DNA from: an uncultured bacterium
Lineage (GTDB): Bacteria; SAR324; NAC60-12
DNA length: 64,000 bases
Assembly (NCBI GenBank): GCA_965662235.1
Contig: CBFIGY010000003.1
Location: forward strand, 1 to 64,000
Reading direction: 5' to 3'
Shown here: positions 48,544-58,710 of the stretch, one piece after another
Layout of the letters: every line of letters begins with the position of its first letter
How positions within the stretch are numbered: position 1 is the first letter of the stretch
The notes under the pieces: model-generated
Database searches by the model: none
What the model was told of the DNA's origin: nothing
The model's input: only the letters and a program-made list of their open reading frames with translations
Program-made: the position numbers and the translations under genes

Positions 48544-49548
48544 TTAGACAAAGACGTGCATGGTGGCTTCTGAGACATCCGGATACGGGCTCTCACGGGC
48601 AAAGGTGTAAGCCGCCTCCACGGTGGCTTTGGCCCGGGCCCGGATTTCGGCCTCTTCTGCCTCTGAAAGGCCGCCGTCCATCAGCTGCTTCTTGAGCCGG
48701 TCGATGGGGTCGTTCTCCCGGAGTTTCTTGACTTCGTCTTGGGGCCGGTAGGCTTCTGCGTCGCCCTGGAAGTGTCCCAGGTACCGGTCGGTGCTGACCT
48801 CAATGAGCGATGGGCCTTCGCCTCGGCGTGCTCGGGCAATGGCTTCTCCAACCACATCGTACACCTCTAGGGGGTCGTTGTTTTCCACACGGACCCCCGG
48901 AATGCCGTATCCAACCGCCCGGTCGGCATTGTTGGCCACGGCGGTGGAGTCCTCCCGAGTGACTGAAATGGCGTACTTGTTGTCCTCGCAGATGAAGACC
49001 ACAGGGAGCTTCCAGACGGCTGCCAGGTTCAGGGACTCATGGAACGATCCTTGGTTGGCCGCGCCTTCGCCAAAGAACGTCACGGTCACCCAATCCTTGC
49101 CCTTCTTCTTGGCCGCCAGAGCAGCTCCGCAGGCTTGAGGCATGCCAGCCCCAATGATGCCGCTGCAGCCAAACTTCTTCTCGACACTGAAGAGGTGCAT
49201 GTGCCCGCCTTTGCCGCGGCCCAGCCCGGTGACCTTTCCAAACATTTCAGCGGCCATTTCCTTCAGCGGAACCCCTTTGGCAATGGCAAAGTGGTGCGGC
49301 CGGTGCGTGCCCGTGATCGTGTCGTCATCGGTCAGGTGGGCGCAGGTGCCAACCGCCACCGGCTCCTGTCCTGCCGCAAGGTGCATTTCCCCGGGGACCG
49401 TGCCGCCGCCGATGTCAAACGCCAATCCTTCCTGAATGTTCGGAGGCAGCTTTCCTTCGAGGTACACGTTGACCATTGTCTCTTCAAAGTCCCGGATGAT
49501 CAGCATCTGCTCATACATCCACAACTGATGCTCCTTGGTGGGTTCCAT
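48544..49548 (-). CDS. acoA: TPP-dependent acetoin/2-oxoacid dehydrogenase E1 alpha subunit
   Basis: HL.AGQE, THRPH, GKGGHMH, GEGAANQG...EDN TPP motif, RYLGH. Confidence 0.85.
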   Translation of the reverse strand: MEPTKEHQLWMYEQMLIIRDFEETMVNVYLEGKLPPNIQEGLAFDIGGGTVPGEMHLAAGQEPVAVGTCAHLTDDDTITGTHRPHHFAIAKGVPLKEMAAEMFGKVTGLGRGKGGHMHLFSVEKKFGCSGIIGAGMPQACGAALAAKKKGKDWVTVTFFGEGAANQGSFHESLNLAAVWKLPVVFICEDNKYAISVTREDSTAVANNADRAVGYGIPGVRVENNDPLEVYDVVGEAIARARRGEGPSLIEVSTDRYLGHFQGDAEAYRPQDEVKKLRENDPIDRLKKQLMDGGLSEAEEAEIRARAKATVEAAYTFARESPYPDVSEATMHVFV

Positions 49549-49677
49549 GTGTTTGTCTCCTTGTTGGCGAGGCACCAGGGGTCCCTCAAAGTGAAAAGGC
49601 CACAGCGTTTCAGCCGCTGGGCAACCAGGCCTCCGTCTGGAGGAAATTCAAACCGGCGTTGCCGCCAATGCCCAACC

Positions 49678-50952
49678 TCAGGGTTGGTAAAAAATGCGAT
49701 AGACCACCCCCGCTCGATCGTCTGAAACCAACAGGGAGCCGTCGGCGTAAAGCTGCACGTCAACGGGACGTCCAAGGTAGGCTCCCGACTCAGTCATCCA
49801 GCCGGAGGCAAAGACCTCCGTCCGGGCCGCATTCCCAGAAGCATCCAGAAAGGTCACCATCACCTGAGCGCCACGTGGAGTGGTCGCATTCCAAGAGCCG
49901 TGCTGCGCGCTGAAGATGGCGTTGTCGTACTTTTGGGGGAATTGGGTTCCAGTGTAAAACATCATCCCCAAATCGGCGGCGTGCGCCTGCATCTCCACCT
50001 GAGGCGCCACGTAGTTACGGGCCTTTTCGGCAGGAATCGGCTGGTTCTGGTACTCATAGGTCCGCACTTCACCTCCTCCGTAATGCGGGTGACCGTACCA
50101 CACATCCGGTCCCAACCGCGGAGCACGGTTCAGCTCGCCCGGAGGCGTTTCGTCACCCATGCCGTCCACCTGATTGTCCGTAAACCACAAGGAGCCGTCC
50201 TTCGGGTTGAAGGCGTGCCCCACGGAGTTGCGGATGCCAATGGCGACCACTTCCCGATTCAGAGGCTCTCCGGGGAAGCGGTTGATGCGGATGATGCCTC
50301 CGATGCCGACCTGGTCATAAAACGGGTACTTGGACGGAGGTGCCACGTTGTAAGGCTGCCCCAGGCTGATGTAAAGACGGTTGTCGGGTCCCACCACACA
50401 CACCCGTGCCGTGTGCCCCGACGACTCCTCCTGCCGAGGAATCAGCTCTCCCTGAGCAACCAAAGGCACAGCCCGCGCTTCCGGATTGCCGGACACCTCG
50501 TCCGCGTTCGGGAACCAGAGGACCCGATTGCGCTCTGCCAGGTAGAGGTCACCCTCCGGGCTCAGGCAGGGGCCATTGGGAACATCGAAGCGGATTCCAG
50601 GCGCAAAGCGTGTGACCTGCTCGGCCTGCCCATCTTGATCCGTGTCCACGGCTTCCCAGACATCCGTGCGGCGGGTGCCAATCCAGACCCGTCCCGGGGG
50701 GCTCACCGACAGGTGCCGGGCGTTGGGCACCAGGGCAAAGACTTCAATCTGAAAGCCGGGAGGAAGCTGAATGCGAGGAAGGATGCGCGTCTCGATCGTC
50801 TGACGCGCCGGCGAGTCCTGAGGAACCTGCTGGGCCAGTTGGGTGTTGACCCAAAGGGCCTCTGGAAAGGACGCGGCGTCTGCGGGGCGCCCAAAAGCAC
50901 TTCCCACGCCCGTCAGCAGCAACAAAAGGATCAGATGAAGGATTCGGATCAC
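49678..50952 (-). CDS. PQQ-dependent sugar/L-sorbosone dehydrogenase family beta-propeller protein
   Basis: IQLPPGF.IEVFA, GIRNSVG, TDNQ.D.MGD..PP.ELN, HGSWN, GRPVDV, LLVSDD.AG..YRI; signal peptide; GTG start inferred. Confidence 0.88.
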   Translation of the reverse strand: MIRILHLILLLLLTGVGSAFGRPADAASFPEALWVNTQLAQQVPQDSPARQTIETRILPRIQLPPGFQIEVFALVPNARHLSVSPPGRVWIGTRRTDVWEAVDTDQDGQAEQVTRFAPGIRFDVPNGPCLSPEGDLYLAERNRVLWFPNADEVSGNPEARAVPLVAQGELIPRQEESSGHTARVCVVGPDNRLYISLGQPYNVAPPSKYPFYDQVGIGGIIRINRFPGEPLNREVVAIGIRNSVGHAFNPKDGSLWFTDNQVDGMGDETPPGELNRAPRLGPDVWYGHPHYGGGEVRTYEYQNQPIPAEKARNYVAPQVEMQAHAADLGMMFYTGTQFPQKYDNAIFSAQHGSWNATTPRGAQVMVTFLDASGNAARTEVFASGWMTESGAYLGRPVDVQLYADGSLLVSDDRAGVVYRIFYQP

Positions 50953-51004
50953 ACTCAACTCGTTCCTTGTCGATGAAGGGTTTCCCAGTCTAGAAGACCC
51001 CTTT

Positions 51005-51020
51005 AGCAAGGGGATGGCCA
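51005..51020 (-). promoter_or_regulatory. sigma54 -24/-12 promoter
   Basis: Minus strand TGGCCATCCCCTTGCT = GG-N10-GC, 52 nt upstream of the PQQ dehydrogenase start. Confidence 0.75.
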
Positions 51021-51152
51021 CGTCCTCTGCAGGCAGCAGGGACGTGAGCCGGATCGGGCGTAGCATTTTGTTATGACTTGGAAAAAAAGAGCAGGAGGCT
51101 CAGCGAAACGGCTCCGGACGCGGGACCCGTGGGTGAGGAATCTCTTCGGTCA

Positions 51153-51191
51153 CGAAACAGGTGTCTCAGGGAAAATGAGACAGGTGTCTCA
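51153..51191. promoter_or_regulatory. Putative AcoR upstream activating sequences
   Basis: TGTCTCA-N7-TGAGACA inverted repeat (51162-51182); 12-bp direct repeat ACAGGTGTCTCA at 51157 and 51180. Confidence 0.65.
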
Positions 51192-51197
51192 CAAAGC

Positions 51198-53159
51198 TCA
51201 CCCGCGACGATTGGGAGGCACAATCCCGTACCGCTCCATGTGCCGGTAGATGGTGGCCCGACTGAGTCCGACTTCCCGTGTGGTCTTGCTGATGTTCCAC
51301 TGGTTCCGGATCAATGCGGCTTCCAGCGCCTGGGAGCGTTCCTGTTCTGGGGTTCGGGGGAGGGCTTCAGAGGAAAGATTCAGCAACAACGGCGGCACCA
51401 GTCCAGACGGGTGAAACTGCTCCGGAAGGTCCTGAGGCAGCACCCACTGGTTGTGACAGACCGCAGCCGCAAACTCGAGGACGTTCCGGAGCTCCCGGAT
51501 GTTGCCCGGCCACGTGTGCTGACGCAGCAAGCGCATGGCCTCCGGACTGACCTGAGGCGGCGTCGCAGCCTGCGGCTCCAGCAGGCGCCGAACGAGCCAC
51601 TCGAAGTCCTGGCGTTCCCGGAGAGGAGGCAGTGTGAAGATGGCGCCGTTGAGCCGGTAATACAGGTCGTCCCGGAAGCGCCCGGCTTCAATCTGCTGCA
51701 CCAGGTCCTGATGCGTTGCCGAAATCACACGCAGGTTCACCGGCAGCGGATTCACCGCCCCTAGGGGCAGCACCTCCCGCTCTGCGAGCACCCGCAGCAG
51801 CCGTGCCTGAAGCGACAGTGGCATGTCTCCAATCTCGTCCAAAAACAGCGTTCCGCCGTTGGCCTCCAGAATCAGGCCCCGCTTTCCCTTCGTCTGCGCC
51901 CCGGTGAAGGTTCCCGGGACGTAGCCAAAGAGCTCGCTCTCAATCAGAGACTCTGGAATCGCGGCACAGTTGACCGCAACAAACGGGGCGTTGGCCCGGG
52001 AGCTGGACTCGTGCAGCGCCTTGGCAAAACGTTCCTTGCCGGTTCCGGTTTCTCCAAGCAACAGGATGCTGACATTTGCATTGACCAGACGCTCGGCTTT
52101 GGCAAGGTGCCGCTGCAGCACCGGATCGCCGCCCGTCAGGTCCGCCAGCGCAGGTGGCGTCGCCACCACGACTGGGCTTGACTGCGGCGGTGCCGGAGCG
52201 CGCATCTGCGGAGGAATGGCCTGCGCAAACAGCGTCCGGGCCTGTGCTTGCGTGTGCAGCACCCGCTGCCCCGTTGGTCGGGAGAGGACAAACTCCGGGA
52301 GCTTGTTCACCGGACAGTCAAAGAAGTCTTCAAAGTGCCGGCCCAGCAGCTCATTCGGATTCTCAACGGCGCCCGGGGCTTCTTGGGCAAGCAGCGTCTG
52401 CATGGAGTGGTTGAAGCCAATGATGCTTCCGGACGGATCCAGCGCCAGCAAAAACTCAGGATCAACGTCTGCAAATTCCTCTGATGAGCCCAACTTAATG
52501 ATCCATTCCCGCCCAAACTCCTTGTAGAGGTTGGCCTTTTCAATGCGGTGAGCGTGGTGCTGCACCAGCTTCAGGGCCAGGTGCTGGCTGCTCTTGGGCT
52601 GAGGGGCATTGGGGGCAGCAATGGTCAGAACCGCTAGCAGCTCCCCATACGGATTGAACACGGGGGCCGCAGTGCAGGTTAGGACGGTGTAGGGCAGGAA
52701 GAAGTGATCGGTCAGGTGTACGGTCAGGGGGGCTTCTGTCCGCAAGCAGGTGCCCACGGCACAGGTCCCGGCGTGCGCCTCGCTCCAGTCGGCGCCCAGC
52801 AGCAGTCCGGAGCCTTCCAGCTGATTTCCAAGGGTCGGGTCGCCCAGAAAGTCCACCGTGATGCCCTGCTCATCGGTGAGCAGCAGCACGTACCCGAGTC
52901 CGGCGACCTGACGGTAGAGGGTCTCGGCACCGTAACGGGCCGTGTGCAGAAAGCTCTCCAGACGTTCCTGGTGCTCCCGGAGTTCGCTCTGGGGAAGGAT
53001 GTTTGCCTCCTGACGCGTCCGGGGATCCAGCTGGTGTTCCAGCAGGCAGCGGCGCCACGACTCCACAATCACCGGATCACGTGGAGACGCCTCCCGTTCC
53101 CCAACCCGAAGCACCTCGTGGATGTGAGACGCCAGGGGCTCGCCCCGTTGCTGTTCCAT
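51198..53159 (-). CDS. acoR: GAF-domain sigma54-dependent Fis-family activator (AcoR-like)
   Basis: SW.RC, GADWSE...GT.AVGT, GETGTGKE, ESELFG...GTFTGA, LFLDEIGD, WPGNIREL, HTH. Confidence 0.85.
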   Translation of the reverse strand: MEQQRGEPLASHIHEVLRVGEREASPRDPVIVESWRRCLLEHQLDPRTRQEANILPQSELREHQERLESFLHTARYGAETLYRQVAGLGYVLLLTDEQGITVDFLGDPTLGNQLEGSGLLLGADWSEAHAGTCAVGTCLRTEAPLTVHLTDHFFLPYTVLTCTAAPVFNPYGELLAVLTIAAPNAPQPKSSQHLALKLVQHHAHRIEKANLYKEFGREWIIKLGSSEEFADVDPEFLLALDPSGSIIGFNHSMQTLLAQEAPGAVENPNELLGRHFEDFFDCPVNKLPEFVLSRPTGQRVLHTQAQARTLFAQAIPPQMRAPAPPQSSPVVVATPPALADLTGGDPVLQRHLAKAERLVNANVSILLLGETGTGKERFAKALHESSSRANAPFVAVNCAAIPESLIESELFGYVPGTFTGAQTKGKRGLILEANGGTLFLDEIGDMPLSLQARLLRVLAEREVLPLGAVNPLPVNLRVISATHQDLVQQIEAGRFRDDLYYRLNGAIFTLPPLRERQDFEWLVRRLLEPQAATPPQVSPEAMRLLRQHTWPGNIRELRNVLEFAAAVCHNQWVLPQDLPEQFHPSGLVPPLLLNLSSEALPRTPEQERSQALEAALIRNQWNISKTTREVGLSRATIYRHMERYGIVPPNRRG

Positions 53160-53455
53160 GCTCCCTCCTCCCTCAGGTTCCCAATCCGGTTCGCAGCTCA
53201 TACCGCTTCGTGCGCCCAATCAGTTTAGTCGGAGCCGCCCTGAACACAAGAGGATCCGCCTCGTGAACAGCCTACCCGACCTCCCAGCCGGTTGCCAGAT
53301 CCTCCGAACGGCTGCCTTCCTTGAAGAGGATCCCGTTCTGCACCACCGGATTGCTTTGTTTTTGTGCGTGGGGTTTGATAGCGTCTTTGAGGTTAAACGG
53401 CTGATCCCAGCTGAAGAAATGCCCCGCACCTTCACCCTGCATTCCCTGTAGACCC

Positions 53456-56332
53456 ATGACGCTTCGCCTCTCTGACCTTTCGCAGCAGCACGACTTCCTC
53501 CAACGGCACATCGGCCCCTCTGTTTCTGAACAGCAGGAGATGCTGGAAACCATCCAGGCCGCCAGCCTGAGCGCGTTGATTGATGAAGCGGTGCCCGAAG
53601 CGATCCGGATTCCTGGCGAGCTGGCTCTGCAGGAAGGCTGCACCGAAGCTCAGGCTCTTGCCGAATTGAAGCAGCTGGCACAGCAAAATGCTCCAACACG
53701 CTCCCTCATCGGCATGGGGTACTACAACACACTGACCCCAAGCGTCATTCTGCGGAACATGCTGGAAAACCCGGGCTGGTACACCGCCTACACCCCCTAT
53801 CAGGCAGAAATCTCTCAGGGCCGCATGGAGATGCTGCTGAACTTCCAGCAGATGATCATGGACCTGACGGGAATGGACGTCGCCAATGCGTCACTGCTTG
53901 ATGAAGCCACCGCTGCCGCCGAAGCCATGACCTTCTGCAAACGGGTGGGTCGCAGCAAGAAGTCGGTGTTCTTTGTCGCAGAAGACTGCCACCCGCAGAC
54001 CCTTGATGTGCTGAAGACCCGGGCGGAGCCCATGGGCATTGAGCTCGTGATTGGGCAGCCTTGGAATGCCGATGAGCACCCGGACGCCTTTGGGGTGCTG
54101 GTTCAGTCTCCGGGAACTCATGGGGACCTCCGGGACCTGAAGGAGCTGGTGGACCGCTGGCATGAACGTGGGGCGCTGGTGGCCGTGGCAACCGATCTGC
54201 TTGCTCTGACCCTGATGACGCCTCCTGGAGAACTTGGCGCAGACGTGGTCCTCGGAAGCGCCCAGCGCTTTGGCGTCCCGATGGGATACGGAGGCCCGCA
54301 TGCCGCCTTCTTTGCTGTACGGGATCAGCACAAACGGTCGGTGCCCGGACGCCTCATTGGGGTGTCAGTGGATCGACGCGGCAAGCTGGCGTACCGACTG
54401 GCGCTCCAGACCCGGGAGCAGCACATCCGCCGGGAGAAAGCGACCAGCAACATCTGCACAGCGCAGGTGCTGCTCGCCAACGTCTCTGCCGCCTATGCCA
54501 TCTTCCATGGCCCCGAAGGCCTGACTCAGATCGCTCAGCGCGTCCACCGGCTGACGACGGTGCTCTCTGAAGGACTCCGGAAGCTTGGCCTCGACACCAA
54601 TGCCACCTTCTTTGACACCCTGACCGTTTCGGTGCCCGACGCTGCTGCCGTGCACGCCCGTGCGCAGGAAGCGTCTATCAACCTCCGTCCCCTAGATGGC
54701 CAGCACGTCGGCGTCAGCTTGGACGAGGTTTCCACCGCCGAAGAGGTCACCCAGCTCTGGACGCTCCTCTCCGGACAGACCCCATCCTTTACGGTGGAGG
54801 AGCTGGACGCCACCATTGCGCAGGAAGGCACTTCCGGCATTCCCAAAATCCTGCACCGGACCTCGGACTTCCTCACACACCCGGTGTTCCACCGCTACCG
54901 GTCCGAGACCCAGATGATGCGGCTCTTGCGGCAACTGATGGATCGCGACATTGCCCTCGACCGGGCCATGATTCCGCTCGGCTCCTGCACCATGAAGCTC
55001 AACGCGGCCACAGAGATGATCCCGATCACCTGGCCGGAACTGGGACAGGTGCACCCGTTTGTCCCCAAAGAACAGGCCGCCGGGTACCAGCAGATCATTC
55101 AGCAGCTTGAGGACATGCTGGTCGCCATCACCGGTTTTGATGCGGTCTCCATGCAGCCTAACTCCGGAGCGCAGGGCGAGTACGCCGGACTGCTGGTGAT
55201 CCGTCGTTGGCATGAAAGCCGAGGGGAGTCACAACGGACCGTCTGCCTGATCCCCAGTTCCGCCCATGGAACCAACCCCGCCAGCGCCGCCATGCAGGGA
55301 ATGAAGGTGGTGATTGTTGAGTGTGACGCCCACGGAAACGTCGATGTGGAAGACCTGAAGGCCAAGGCCGAAAAGCACTCTCACGAGCTGGCAGCCCTAA
55401 TGATCACCTACCCTTCCACGCATGGTGTTTTTGAAGAAGCCATTGTCGACATCTGCGAGCTGATTCATCAGCATGGCGGACAGGTGTACATGGACGGCGC
55501 CAACCTCAATGCGTTGGTCGGCCTCGCCCAACCCGGAAAGTTTGGGCCCGATGTGATGCACATGAACCTCCATAAGACCTTCTGCATTCCGCACGGCGGC
55601 GGCGGCCCGGGAATGGGCCCCATTGGGCTGAAGGCGCACCTGGCGCCCTTTGCTCCCGGACACGTGGTCATTCCTCCCAAGGAACCCACGCCTGAGTCTG
55701 CCGTTTCAGCAGCTCCGTGGGGCAGTCCCAGCATCCTGCCCATCTCCTGGGCCTACATCCGGATGATGGGCACCACCGGATTGCGGCAGGCCTCAGAGGT
55801 GGCCATCCTCAATGCCAACTACCTTGCCAGGCGCCTCAGGGGCTCCTTCGAAGTCCTCTACACCGGAAAAAACGGACGTGTCGCCCACGAGTGCATCATC
55901 GACCTCCGCCCCTTCAAGGAGCACGGCATCACCGAAGAAGATGTGGCCAAACGCCTCATCGACTACGGATTCCATGCGCCCACCATGTCTTGGCCTGTTG
56001 CTGGGACACTGATGATTGAGCCCACCGAAAGTGAGCCCAAGGTGGAGCTCGATCGCTTCTGTGACGCCATGATTGCGATCCGCAAGGAGATTGATGCAGT
56101 GGCCTCCGGAAAGTGGGACCCTGAACAGAACCCGCTCAAGAAGGCACCGCACACCCTAGACGACGTCATGGAAGCCGAGTGGCCCTTCCCGTACACACGA
56201 GAGGAAGCGGTCTTCCCGGTGCCCAGCCTGCGCGCCAACAAGTTCTGGCCGGTGGTCGCCCGGGTGGACAACGTCTACGGCGACCGCAACGTGGTGTGCT
56301 CCTGCCCCACCGTCGACGCCTACCGGGACTGA
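53456..56332 (+). CDS. gcvP: Glycine dehydrogenase (decarboxylating), glycine cleavage P protein
   Basis: [53 protein letters not shown]; 958 aa. Confidence 0.97.
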   Translation: MTLRLSDLSQQHDFLQRHIGPSVSEQQEMLETIQAASLSALIDEAVPEAIRIPGELALQEGCTEAQALAELKQLAQQNAPTRSLIGMGYYNTLTPSVILRNMLENPGWYTAYTPYQAEISQGRMEMLLNFQQMIMDLTGMDVANASLLDEATAAAEAMTFCKRVGRSKKSVFFVAEDCHPQTLDVLKTRAEPMGIELVIGQPWNADEHPDAFGVLVQSPGTHGDLRDLKELVDRWHERGALVAVATDLLALTLMTPPGELGADVVLGSAQRFGVPMGYGGPHAAFFAVRDQHKRSVPGRLIGVSVDRRGKLAYRLALQTREQHIRREKATSNICTAQVLLANVSAAYAIFHGPEGLTQIAQRVHRLTTVLSEGLRKLGLDTNATFFDTLTVSVPDAAAVHARAQEASINLRPLDGQHVGVSLDEVSTAEEVTQLWTLLSGQTPSFTVEELDATIAQEGTSGIPKILHRTSDFLTHPVFHRYRSETQMMRLLRQLMDRDIALDRAMIPLGSCTMKLNAATEMIPITWPELGQVHPFVPKEQAAGYQQIIQQLEDMLVAITGFDAVSMQPNSGAQGEYAGLLVIRRWHESRGESQRTVCLIPSSAHGTNPASAAMQGMKVVIVECDAHGNVDVEDLKAKAEKHSHELAALMITYPSTHGVFEEAIVDICELIHQHGGQVYMDGANLNALVGLAQPGKFGPDVMHMNLHKTFCIPHGGGGPGMGPIGLKAHLAPFAPGHVVIPPKEPTPESAVSAAPWGSPSILPISWAYIRMMGTTGLRQASEVAILNANYLARRLRGSFEVLYTGKNGRVAHECIIDLRPFKEHGITEEDVAKRLIDYGFHAPTMSWPVAGTLMIEPTESEPKVELDRFCDAMIAIRKEIDAVASGKWDPEQNPLKKAPHTLDDVMEAEWPFPYTREEAVFPVPSLRANKFWPVVARVDNVYGDRNVVCSCPTVDAYRD

Positions 56333-56335
56333 GTC

Positions 56336-57409
56336 ATGCGTGTTCGGTCCGCCATTGCGCAAATGGGGCACTACTCGCCTCCGCTGGAAGGGCGCAACCC
56401 CGACCAGTACCTGCTGATGGACTTCAATGAGTCCCCCCTTCCGCCGCCTCCCGGAGTCACTGAGGCGCTTCAGGCGTTTCTTCAGCAGGAGCGGCTGCAC
56501 CTCTACCCCAGCTATGGCACCTTCCTCACGGACCTCGGCGCCTACGTTGGGGTTCCGGAGGAGCAGGTGCTCATCACCAACGGCTCCGACCAGGGCATTG
56601 AACTGGTGATGCGCGCGCTGCTGGAACCCGGTGACAACTTTGTGATGCCGGTTCCGGGATTTGCCATGTTTGGCCAGGTTGCTCAGACCCTAGGCGCTGA
56701 ACACCGGGCGCCATCGTTTTCCCTTGAAACCTTTGCCTTTCCCTTGGAAGCCGTCCAGGCAGCCGTTGATGAACGGACCCGCCTGATTGTGGTCATCAGT
56801 CCCAACAACCCCACCGGGACCGTGGTCGACCTAGACGCCATTGAGCACCTGCTCATCCAGTTTCCAGACTGTGCTGTGCTGGTGGATGAAGCGTACTTTG
56901 AATTCAACGGCCTCACCGCCGTTCCGCTGCTGGAGCGCTTTCCGAACCTCGTGGTGCTCCGGACCTTCTCCAAGGCGTTTGCGCTGCCTGGGCTCCGGCT
57001 CGGGTACGTGGTGGCGCGCTCGGAATTTTTGGCCGAGTTGTACAAGATCCGAGGCCCCTACGACGTCAACATGCTCTCAGTGGTCGCTGGCCATGCGGCT
57101 CTCCAGGCGCTTCCGGTGATTCAGGAGCGGGTGCAGCACCTGATGCACGAGGCCAAGCCGGCGCTGGAACAATTTTTCCGAGAAGTGGGGGTGCGGTCGT
57201 ATCCGGGAGGAGCCAACTTCCTCCTCGTTGAGCCTCCGGAGGTCACCGAGGCGCTGGCGTTTCTTAAGGCACGGGGGGTCCTGGTGCGGCCGATGCGTCC
57301 ACCGATTGCCCACACCTTTCGGATGAACGTGCGGATGCTTCCGGAGGTGGAGCGCTTCATGGAGGTGTTCCGGGAGTACCTGCACACCGTTCGACCGAGT
57401 GCAGCATGA
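56336..57409 (+). CDS. hisC: Histidinol-phosphate aminotransferase family protein
   Basis: DFNESP, NGSD, SPNNPTG, VDEAY, RTFSKAF.L.GLRLG. Confidence 0.8.
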   Translation: MRVRSAIAQMGHYSPPLEGRNPDQYLLMDFNESPLPPPPGVTEALQAFLQQERLHLYPSYGTFLTDLGAYVGVPEEQVLITNGSDQGIELVMRALLEPGDNFVMPVPGFAMFGQVAQTLGAEHRAPSFSLETFAFPLEAVQAAVDERTRLIVVISPNNPTGTVVDLDAIEHLLIQFPDCAVLVDEAYFEFNGLTAVPLLERFPNLVVLRTFSKAFALPGLRLGYVVARSEFLAELYKIRGPYDVNMLSVVAGHAALQALPVIQERVQHLMHEAKPALEQFFREVGVRSYPGGANFLLVEPPEVTEALAFLKARGVLVRPMRPPIAHTFRMNVRMLPEVERFMEVFREYLHTVRPSAA

Positions 57410-57588
57410 TCTCTCCGGAGTGGTTTGAAGCCAACGCCGTCTGGATCCTGTCTGGAGTTGGACTCCTCCAGGTGCTGAAGCTGGTGGCCTACGGCAAAAA
57501 TCTCCGGGATCAGCGACGTGCGCACCAAGTCTTCCAACGCAAACGCCAGAAACTTCAGGAAATTTCGGACGCTAAGCCACTTAACTGA
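57406..57588 (+). CDS. Small hypothetical membrane protein
   Basis: 60 aa, one hydrophobic segment and a basic tail; ATGA overlap with hisC. Confidence 0.5.
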   Translation: MISPEWFEANAVWILSGVGLLQVLKLVAYGKNLRDQRRAHQVFQRKRQKLQEISDAKPLN

Positions 57589-57689
57589 TTGGATAAATTG
57601 ACGGTGGGGTCAAAACAGGGCAGGGAATCCGCGGTGGGATTCAACCAGTGGTTCGGGAGTTGCTTTGTTTCTCAACATGTTCGGGTTCG

Positions 57690-57758
57690 CAAGAAGAGCC
57701 GGATCCCTTCCAAGGAGGTACTTCTGCCAAGGACGGCATTTCCGGCCGGCTCTTCTTG
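57690..57758. repeat. 13-bp perfect inverted repeat enclosing two small hairpins
   Basis: CAAGAAGAGCCGG (57690-57702) and CCGGCTCTTCTTG (57746-57758). Confidence 0.8.
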
Positions 57759-58008
57759 TCCCTTTCACCCTGCGGCTCGCAGGATGGACTGTTTTTCTAC
57801 TCTTGCAGGGACTGGGCCACTTCTCCTTACCCAAGTCCTTTCACCGCTTCCCAACGTTTCTCTTCCCGCTTCTCCTCCCAACAGCCTCCTGAAAAAAGCT
57901 GTCTTTTAGCTTGAATCCCGATAGACTCCTTCCTAGGATAAAAAATTTGCCGAATCATCCTGTGCCCTGAGCACACGCTTCTGACGTCCCCAACCCCCTA
58001 AGCCTTTC

Positions 58009-58683
58009 ATGAGCGCCAAACCCATTGCCAAAGACGTGGACCTCAAGAAACCGGATCCCGTTGAAAAAGCACTCTATGCCCTTGCTGACCGGATCTACCG
58101 TCAGCGTCAACTCTACATTGGTATAGCCGTTGCGGTGGTGGTCCTCATCCTAGCAGGCTGGGGCCTCTGGAAGTATCAGGAGGCTCAGCAGATTGAGCGG
58201 GCCAACCTGTACCACGCGGCTGAAAAGATCCTCCGGGACCCGACCCTGGCTCCGGCTGACCGCATGGCCCGGGGCAAGACGGCGCTGGAGCACGTGGCCG
58301 GAAAAATTGAAGAGGGTCTGCTGGCAGTGGTCATCCGCCTAGAGCTAGGCACCATGCACCTGCAGTCCGGGGAGCTGGACGCGGCAGAGCGGCGCTTTGA
58401 AGAGGCCAAGAACCTGGCTCAGTCCTCGCCCTTCCTGCGGAACGTCGCCCACCTGAACCTAGCCAAACTGCATGCCTCTCAGGACCGCTGGGACAACGCC
58501 TATGCCGACCTGAAGCAGATTTCAGGAGACACCTGGGGAGACGTCAAGCTGCGTGAGCAAGCCATTGTTGCCCTGGAGCAAGGGGACCTAGAAGCCGCCC
58601 GGACGACCCTGGAAGAGCTGATCAACACCGTCCCCAACTCCATGTTCCGAGATGAAGCCGAGCTGCTGCTGATCTCCCTTTAA
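58009..58683 (+). CDS. YfgM-like TPR membrane-anchored protein
   Basis: Single TM segment (GWGLW.Y) followed by TPR-like helices. Confidence 0.7.
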   Translation: MSAKPIAKDVDLKKPDPVEKALYALADRIYRQRQLYIGIAVAVVVLILAGWGLWKYQEAQQIERANLYHAAEKILRDPTLAPADRMARGKTALEHVAGKIEEGLLAVVIRLELGTMHLQSGELDAAERRFEEAKNLAQSSPFLRNVAHLNLAKLHASQDRWDNAYADLKQISGDTWGDVKLREQAIVALEQGDLEAARTTLEELINTVPNSMFRDEAELLLISL

Positions 58684-58710
58684 TTCCGCCATCTCTTGTT
58701 GAGAACTGCC

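Noticed and set aside
53160..53455. Possible glycine riboswitch upstream of gcvP; AAGAGGATCC occurs twice
   Set aside because: The GGAGA...CCGAAG...CTCTCAGG aptamer core is absent, and a 10-bp repeat alone is weak evidence
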